Origin: Octopus sinensis
Lineage: Eukaryota
Direction: 5' to 3'
Length of the DNA: 64,000 nt
Assembly: GCF_006345805.1 (NCBI RefSeq)
Contig: NC_042997.1
Span: 178,622,001-178,686,000 of the forward strand
Position numbers and translations under genes: made by a program. Positions 57,279 to 64,000 of the stretch are shown here, one piece after another; the stretch's first letter is position 1, and each line of letters opens with the position of its first letter. The notes under the pieces were generated by a model. That model saw nothing but the letters and a program-made list of their open reading frames with translations. It was not told the origin of the DNA and ran no database searches.

Positions 57279-57458
57279 CAGAAGGTTTCTCTGCCCTAGG
57301 TGTCAGGAAGACACTCGGTAAGAAATGGGAACAGAATTGAAAGAGGATGCTAATGAAAATAATAATAATAATAATAATACAGAAGGTTTCTCTGCCCTAG
57401 GTGTCAGGAAGACACCCGGTAAGAAATGGGAACAGAATTGAAAGAGGATGCTAATGAA
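57279..57458 (+). repeat. Two tandem copies (101-bp period) of an ~80-bp unit inside (AAT)n, probably an ultra-short Dong-like 3' end
   Basis: cagaaggtttctctgccctaggtgtcaggaagacac(t/c)cggtaagaaatgggaacagaattgaaagaggatgctaatgaaa occurs at 57279 and 57380. Confidence 0.8.
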
Positions 57459-57544
<86 letters not shown>

Positions 57545-57573
57545 TAATAATAGTAATAGTTTTAATAATAATA

Positions 57574-57770
57574 ATCCTTTCTACTAAAGGCACAACTCCT
57601 AAAATTGGGTGGGAGGAATATTAGTCGATTTCAGCGACCCCAGTGTTCAACTGGTTCTTAATTTATGGATCCTGAAAGGATGAAAGGCAACGTCGACCTT
57701 GGCGGAATTTGAACTCAGAATACTGCTAAGCATTACATCCAGAGTGCTAACAATTCTGCCGGCTCACCGC
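57574..57770 (-). mobile_element. SINE family A, internally deleted
   Basis: Reverse complement head agcggtgagccggcagaattgttagcactctgg. Confidence 0.8.
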
Positions 57771-57798
57771 TTTAATAATAATGATGATAATGACAGTG

Positions 57799-57898
<100 letters not shown>

Positions 57899-58192
57899 TA
57901 TTAAGAAGAAGAAGGAGAAGAAGAAGAAGAAGGAGTAGAAGAAGAAGAAGAAGAAGAAGAATGAATGAATGAATTTGGTAACTACGACGTTGACGACGAT
58001 GATGATGATAAAGATGACAACGACGACAAAGATGATAATAATGATGATAATGCAGAAATGGAGAAGGAAGCAGAAGAAAAACCTAGAAAAAACGTGATGG
58101 CAGTGATGATGATGACGATGATGATGATGATGATGATGATGATGGGGATGATGATGATGATGATGATGATGATGGGGATGATGATGATGATA

Positions 58193-58231
<39 letters not shown>

Positions 58232-58599
58232 GAAATAGAACAGAAAAACAAATATATATTATAACCATCATACAGAATAAAATAGAATTGTATGTTGCAA
58301 TGCCGTCAAAACAGGAAACCTATATTGCTATTGGCGCGATAACCTTTTGCCATATCGAGACTTGTGTCTAAGTGTGTATTGTCTATTGTTCTTGAGTATT
58401 GCTTAGTTAGAAGAGCACTAAAGTTCTTCGTTTCCCGAGATATTCAAAATGTGTATATTTTAATTTTATTTTTCTATTCATTTTAGTCTCAGAATGAAGT
58501 AATCACATAGACACCAAACGCACTCACATTCATTTCTCCTCACTTTTTGTGTGTGTATGTGTATATATGTATATGTTGGACCCCTGAACTAAATACGAT

Positions 58600-58738
58600 T
58601 TATTTCATTCTCTCTCTGTTTATTTTCTCATTCCTTTCTGTCGAAGAGCGTAGGCTCGAAACGTAAAAGACTTTTCCATTTTTCCCGAGCGTCAAACTAA
58701 TACACTTGCGTGTTGTCCCTACAACGGTCTTCGTTTTT

Positions 58739-58742
<4 letters not shown>
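58600..58742 (+). mobile_element. Short Penelope-like terminal remnant with hammerhead-like motif, ending at (TA)n
   Basis: cttt CTGTCGA A GAGC gtag GCTC GAAA CG TA aaag at 58634-58669; flanks match 21100-21278. Confidence 0.65.
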
Positions 58743-58781
<39 letters not shown>

Positions 58782-58857
58782 ATATATATGGTGGAGCAAG
58801 CACATAAATGTGAAATAAGGTGGAAAAAAAGAGTACTCAAATACCAGAGGTAGAGTA

Positions 58858-59036
58858 ATATATTATTTTATTTAAAAGCAGCAGAAATATCACAAAAGCT
58901 GTTACTCAGAGTTTCACGTTTCCGTTCGTCGGACAGTTTTGTTAGAATCTAGCATTCTAACAAAGCTGTCTGACAAACTGGAACGTGAAACTCTGAGTAA
59001 CAGTTTTTATGATATTTCTGCTGCTTTTAAATAAAG

Positions 59037-59040
<4 letters not shown>
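58858..59040. ncRNA. Inverted repeat whose arms each carry a decayed minimal type I hammerhead ribozyme (58899-58936 minus; 58966-59003 plus)
   Basis: Two-arm consensus ctgt CTGACGA acg-gaaa-cgt GAAA ctc-t-gag TA acag has the full core, stems I-III and a GUA cleavage triplet. Each arm has a different core lesion. Confidence 0.7.
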
Positions 59041-59067
<27 letters not shown>

Positions 59068-59099
59068 TATATAATATATTATATATATTTATATATATG

Positions 59100-59131
<32 letters not shown>

Positions 59132-59144
59132 TTATATATATGTA

Positions 59145-59183
<39 letters not shown>

Positions 59184-59214
59184 CGTGTAATACATGCATA
59201 TATATACATGCATA

Positions 59215-59310
<96 letters not shown>

Positions 59311-59374
59311 GCTTTATTCATTTACTCTACCACCACCACACCAACACCAACATAACCACCTCGGAACTTAAAGA

Positions 59375-59645
59375 CATGTAAAATGCCGGTAAAAAATTTG
59401 TCCGTCATGGTAACAATCCTGCTAGTTCACCGCCTTTAATAATAATAACAGTTTCAAATTTTGGCTCAAGGCCTACAATTTAGAAGCGAAGGAGTAAGTC
59501 GTTAGCATCGACGACAGTGCTTGAATGGACTCATCTTTTTTCTTATATAGACCATGAAAGGATGAATGCCAAATTTGATCTCGGAAGGATTGGAACTCAG
59601 ACCGTATAAAGTCAAATCGAATATCATGAAATATCTTATCCAACG
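59375..59645 (-). mobile_element. Decayed SINE family A pieces
   Basis: gctagttcaccgcctt head remnant at ~59420-59436, and body with ggaaggattggaactcagacc at 59445-59645. Confidence 0.65.
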
Positions 59646-59699
59646 CGCAGATACATACATACATACATACATACATACATACATACATACATGCATACA

Positions 59700-59733
<34 letters not shown>

Positions 59734-59824
59734 CATATACATACACACACACACAACATATATATACATATATAAATATTGTATTTCAGGATGGTTATTT
59801 TTTTGCCAACACACGCACTACATA

Positions 59825-60073
59825 TTCGTTATTATTACTGTTCTTATTTTAATTACTGTCCATTGTCCAGCATCTCTAACTCCTTCAGTGACACTTTCCG
59901 CAGTCGTGTGTGCTCCTGCATCGCTTAATTCATTCTCTTCTTTTATGACACATCGTAGAAGCGGACCAGGAGCACTCACGAGTGCGGAAAGTGTCACTGA
60001 AGGAGTTACAGATGTGTGACGAAAGATTTCGGAATAATGGACAGGAGTTAAAATAAGAATAGCAATAAACGAA
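59825..60073. mobile_element. Fold-back / MITE-like element
   Basis: Perfect 26-bp inverted core (59877-59902 vs 59983-60008) with imperfect pairing out to ttcgtt / aacgaa. Confidence 0.8.
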
Positions 60074-60209
60074 TGGAGAACGAATATGAAGTGCGTGTGC
60101 TTTTTTGGCAAAATATATATACATATATATATAACGACCATTCCGAAATATAGCAATATCTGAAGTGAAACATATATATACATACATACATACATATATA
60201 TATATATAT

Positions 60210-60247
<38 letters not shown>

Positions 60248-60490
60248 GGAGAGAGATAGAGAGAGAAACTGGAAAAAGATTGAGTGGAAATGTGAGAGAG
60301 AAAAAGCAGAGACCCTAAAGTATGATTGCAAATTAAAGCATTTACAAAATGTATAACTATTTGCGTTAATGATTTGTCTTTAGTCACTTTCCTAGAAATT
60401 TTTTATATACTCTCTTTGGTTTCCTTCCATTCTGCCCCACCCGCTTTTACGTTTGTCCCTTCGTGACATTCATTGTTTGTGATTTGATAA

Positions 60491-60577
60491 CCACATGGTT
60501 AATGTCTATGACCCTCCAGCTATATCTGGGTCCCATATAGGACCCAGATATGGCTGGGAGTCATAGTGAAACTGTGG
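60491..60577. ncRNA. Isolated pre-miRNA-like hairpin
   Basis: 18-bp upper stem with one G-U (60516-60533 / 60540-60557), 6-nt loop, 7-bp stem ctatgac/gtcatag and basal ccaca/tgtgg. Confidence 0.35.
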
Positions 60578-61570
60578 ATTCAGAGTTACTCCCACGTGTG
60601 GGTCGAGGCGTTCGGCGGCTTCACACCCTTCGATTATGACCTAGAATAAAACAGGGCTATTACCTGAATGGCATGGAATAATTAAGGACGATTCCTCTCT
60701 ATGGACAGGAAAAAACACCTGTCTATATCAACTTATATCTTAATCAAAGTGCATCAGTACTACAATCCAGCAAAAAAACTTGCCAGTTATATTGTACACA
60801 TAAATGTTGACTATAGCTGTTTACATTTTATGGTTCCAACCTACAGCTGTTACATAGCGATGTTTCCTGATTTACCACTGGATATTCTGAGACATTTGAA
60901 GATAAGTATATTTGTATTAACGACGTGAGATACATTCAGTCAGGTGATAACCAGCGCGCTGTTGATTCTTCTATTACAGCTGACACATTTTCAACTTAGT
61001 TAACAGCAAATACGTATTTATGTAATGCTAATGGCTACCCTGTCACCGTATAACAGTTAAATGTAAAACAAGACATTTTAAAAATTAATTTTAGAGCACA
61101 GTATGAAAATTACATAAAACTCAATATAATCAGTGAATATTACATAACATACGGTTTATGGATTTATTATGAGCGGACGCTCCACATTTTCAGTGAAAGA
61201 GGGAATAAGATTACATAACAAGAATACTACTTTCCAAGGTTATAATTGAAATCGTAAGAAACCAGAAGTTCAGACTGGGGCCTTACACCTTCTATATAGG
61301 CCTCGTTAACACAAGTGTATAGTTCTCGTATTAACTCAGTCTCACTCGTTTTTCCTTTCATTACTGGTCATTTTTCTAATGTTCCTACACCTCACTGTAC
61401 TCTGATTAATCTGGGAAATGATTCGGTATTTTCTTCTACACTAAACTGTAACAGTAATTGTATATAATTTTCTAACGAAATAAATATTGTATTGCATGAT
61501 TTTCATTAACAAATAAGTATCATAATGCACGAGCGTGTGTGAGTGTGTGTAGATATACATGCAATATGCA

Positions 61571-61880
61571 CTGGCACTCCATCAGTTACGACGACGAGGC
61601 TCCAGTTGATCCGATCGTTAAATTCATTAGGAGGTGCCAGAGCACTCCAGAGGCAAGCGTGCCCTTAACGTAGTTCTCAGGGAGATTCAATATGACACAG
61701 AATATAATAAGAGGCCGGCCATTTGAATTACAGGTACAACTCATTTGTGCCAGTTGAGTGGATTGGAACAACGTGAAATAAAGTGTCTTGCTCAAGGACA
61801 CAACGTGCCGCCGGGAATCGAACTCATGACCTTACGACTATGAGCCGATTACCTCATCACTAAGTCAGGCGCCTTCACAC
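61571..61880 (-). mobile_element. tRNA-derived CORE-like SINE family D with 10-bp target-site duplication
   Basis: Minus head gaaggcgcctgacttagtgatg...gagttcgattccc and CORE-like gtgtccttgagcaagacacttt; gcaatatgca at both 61561-61570 and 61881-61890. Confidence 0.85.
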
Positions 61881-61938
61881 GCAATATGCATGTATGTATA
61901 TATATATATGCAAATATATTTATGGATATATATATATA

Positions 61939-62154
61939 TATAAAATTTTTGAATAAATGAAAGAATGGAGTTGAACGACAAATTAACAAATTTCCTTTAT
62001 TTTCGACATATGTTTCGAAGGCTGCATATTCCTAATTGTGAAGGAATAAGGAGTACATTAGGAATATGCAGCCTTCGAAACATATGTCGAAAATAAAGGA
62101 AATTTGTTAATTTGTCGTTCAACTCCATTCTTTCATTTATTCAAAAATTTTATA
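61939..62154. repeat. Perfect inverted repeat with 98-bp arms and a 20-nt spacer
   Basis: 61939-62036 is the exact reverse complement of 62057-62154. Confidence 0.97.
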
Positions 62155-62296
62155 AAAATACACACAAATTTCCACATGAAAACACGTAGTCTCTGCCCTA
62201 GGCACGTAACTTCAACCGTGTTATTTCTGATGTGAATTTGCTACCCAGGTATCGGTTAAACGAATTATCCATAAAAATATATTTCATTTTTCTACT

Positions 62297-62354
<58 letters not shown>

Positions 62355-63299
62355 ACACACACACATACATATACATAGACGAACAACATTTCTGTTTTGG
62401 TAGTCAGAAGAATCATGCATGAGGAGAAATTTTCAGTAACAATAGTAGCCTAATTTCAGCTTCGAACAAATATGTATGCATGCATGTATGTATGTATGTA
62501 TGTATGTATGTATGTATGTATGTATGTATGTATGTATGTATGTATGTATGTATGTATGCATATATATATATTTATATACGTACATATATATATATAATAT
62601 ATATATATATATAATATATATATATATACACATACTTACATACATATCTAATATACATACTTACACACACACTACACATACGCATAGCTATATGTTCCAG
62701 GAGGCTATCAGGTTGTCGAATACAAAGCTTCATTAAATGCTTATACCACGGCATACACACACACACACATATACATATATATATATATAAATTATATATA
62801 TACATATATGTACGCACACACGCACACACACACTTACACATTCATACAAACATAGCTTTCCATGGACACAAGCACAATTCCCACACGCCCACACATACAC
62901 ACACAACTTTCTTATGCCTTTTTAAGAGAACGGCCTCCGAATTAGCAAACCGTGATTCTGTGACCTGGTCACATCCCGTTCCTACATCATTAAAGATTAA
63001 GTGACATAAAGTTCCGTCTTCGCTAATCAACACTGGATCAAGGATTTGGTATTATGTTCTTTTTGCTTACTCGAAGGAGCCTGATTACTGGAGGACTTTC
63101 GTTTAATCTGATATTAGCCGCAGGCTTAATTTAATAACAAGAACAGAATTTCAAAGGTTAAGTATGACTTATGTGGATTGTGATTAAATATCGATAATTT
63201 TCTTGATGTTATTATAAACACATTTGTTAAAACTAGATTTGGATATGATATGTTGATATGAGTTAACGATTAAACGCTAATATTATATTGATCTTTTAA

Positions 63300-63495
63300 G
63301 GCGGCGAGCTGGAAGAATCGTTAGCACGCCGGGCAAAATGCTTTATGTTCTGAGTTCAAATTCCGCTGAGGCTGACCTTGCTTCTAATCCTTTCGAGGTT
63401 GATAAAATAAGCACAAGTTGAGACCTTGGGTCGATGTAATCAACTTACTACCCTCCTCGAACTTTCTGGCCTTGTCTCAAAATTTGAGACAATTA
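63300..63495 (+). mobile_element. SINE family A, internally deleted
   Basis: ggcggcgagctggaagaatcgttagcacgccgggcaaaatgc...gagttcaaattccg. Confidence 0.9.
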
Positions 63496-64000
63496 CATTA
63501 TATTGATGTTTTATTTATGAAATTTATTCCAGGATTCACGCCAACATTTCTATCGGTTTATATTTACATCTTAAGTTCAATTCGTAAGACGAAGAACAGG
63601 TGACTTTGTCAAATCGATATCAAAGCCTGTTTTTCGTTCCTTGATATGCTACGAATAGTAGCGAAATTTCCCCCAAATTACACATTGGACAATGCGGTTC
63701 CTTGTACCCTATGCTTGAAAATAAAACAAACAATATAGTCACAGGTGTAATTCTTTTAATAATAGTTTTGCTTGATGTGAGCTGATCTTGGTTATAAAAC
63801 AAGAACAGTAACAACAGCAAAAATTATTACTACTACTACTACTAATATCGTGTTTTATTGATCAGAGGGCCTGGGTGGATAACGCTGATTCCTACAGGAG
63901 TTTGAACTCGCCAACCCGCTTCTTTAAGGTATTTTTTATAACGTGTCAATGTATTGGAATATTATATATTTTCGTATATAAAAAGTTAAGCCTTTGACGA

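Noticed and set aside
57965-58264. Acidic / poly-Met ORF
   Set aside because: It is a GAC/GAT trinucleotide tract within a microsatellite cascade.

Overview
AT-rich, microsatellite-saturated eukaryotic DNA with no confidently identifiable host gene. It is intronic or intergenic; the SINE families and repeat style suggest an octopus or other coleoid cephalopod (inferred from recall, not searched). Nearly all structure comes from mobile elements. (1) A near full-length R4/Dong-type non-LTR retrotransposon (RT plus restriction-like endonuclease) lies at 48741-52412 inside a (TAA)n tract. It has six frameshifts and no in-frame stop. At least six 5'-truncated relatives and a 557-bp non-coding element also sit in (TAA)n tracts, all with AAT on the sense strand. 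(2) There is a CR1/L2-group RT fragment and a probable L1/Tx1-like 3' end. (3) There are four tRNA-derived SINE families, one sharing its 3' tail with the CR1-group LINE. (4) Several short, probably Penelope-derived elements carry minimal type I hammerhead-ribozyme motifs, some inside long inverted repeats. (5) Helitron-, hAT- and MITE-like non-autonomous elements, local tandem duplications and one pre-miRNA-like hairpin are present. Most ORFs in the supplied track are microsatellite translations. Leads most worth testing: the hammerhead motifs (including a recurrent CUGUNGA core variant), the possibly intact Dong-like element, its 557-bp putative passenger, and a shared WGGNW-loop 3'-UTR hairpin. 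All alignments and folds were done by eye, and boundaries of degenerate repeats are approximate.
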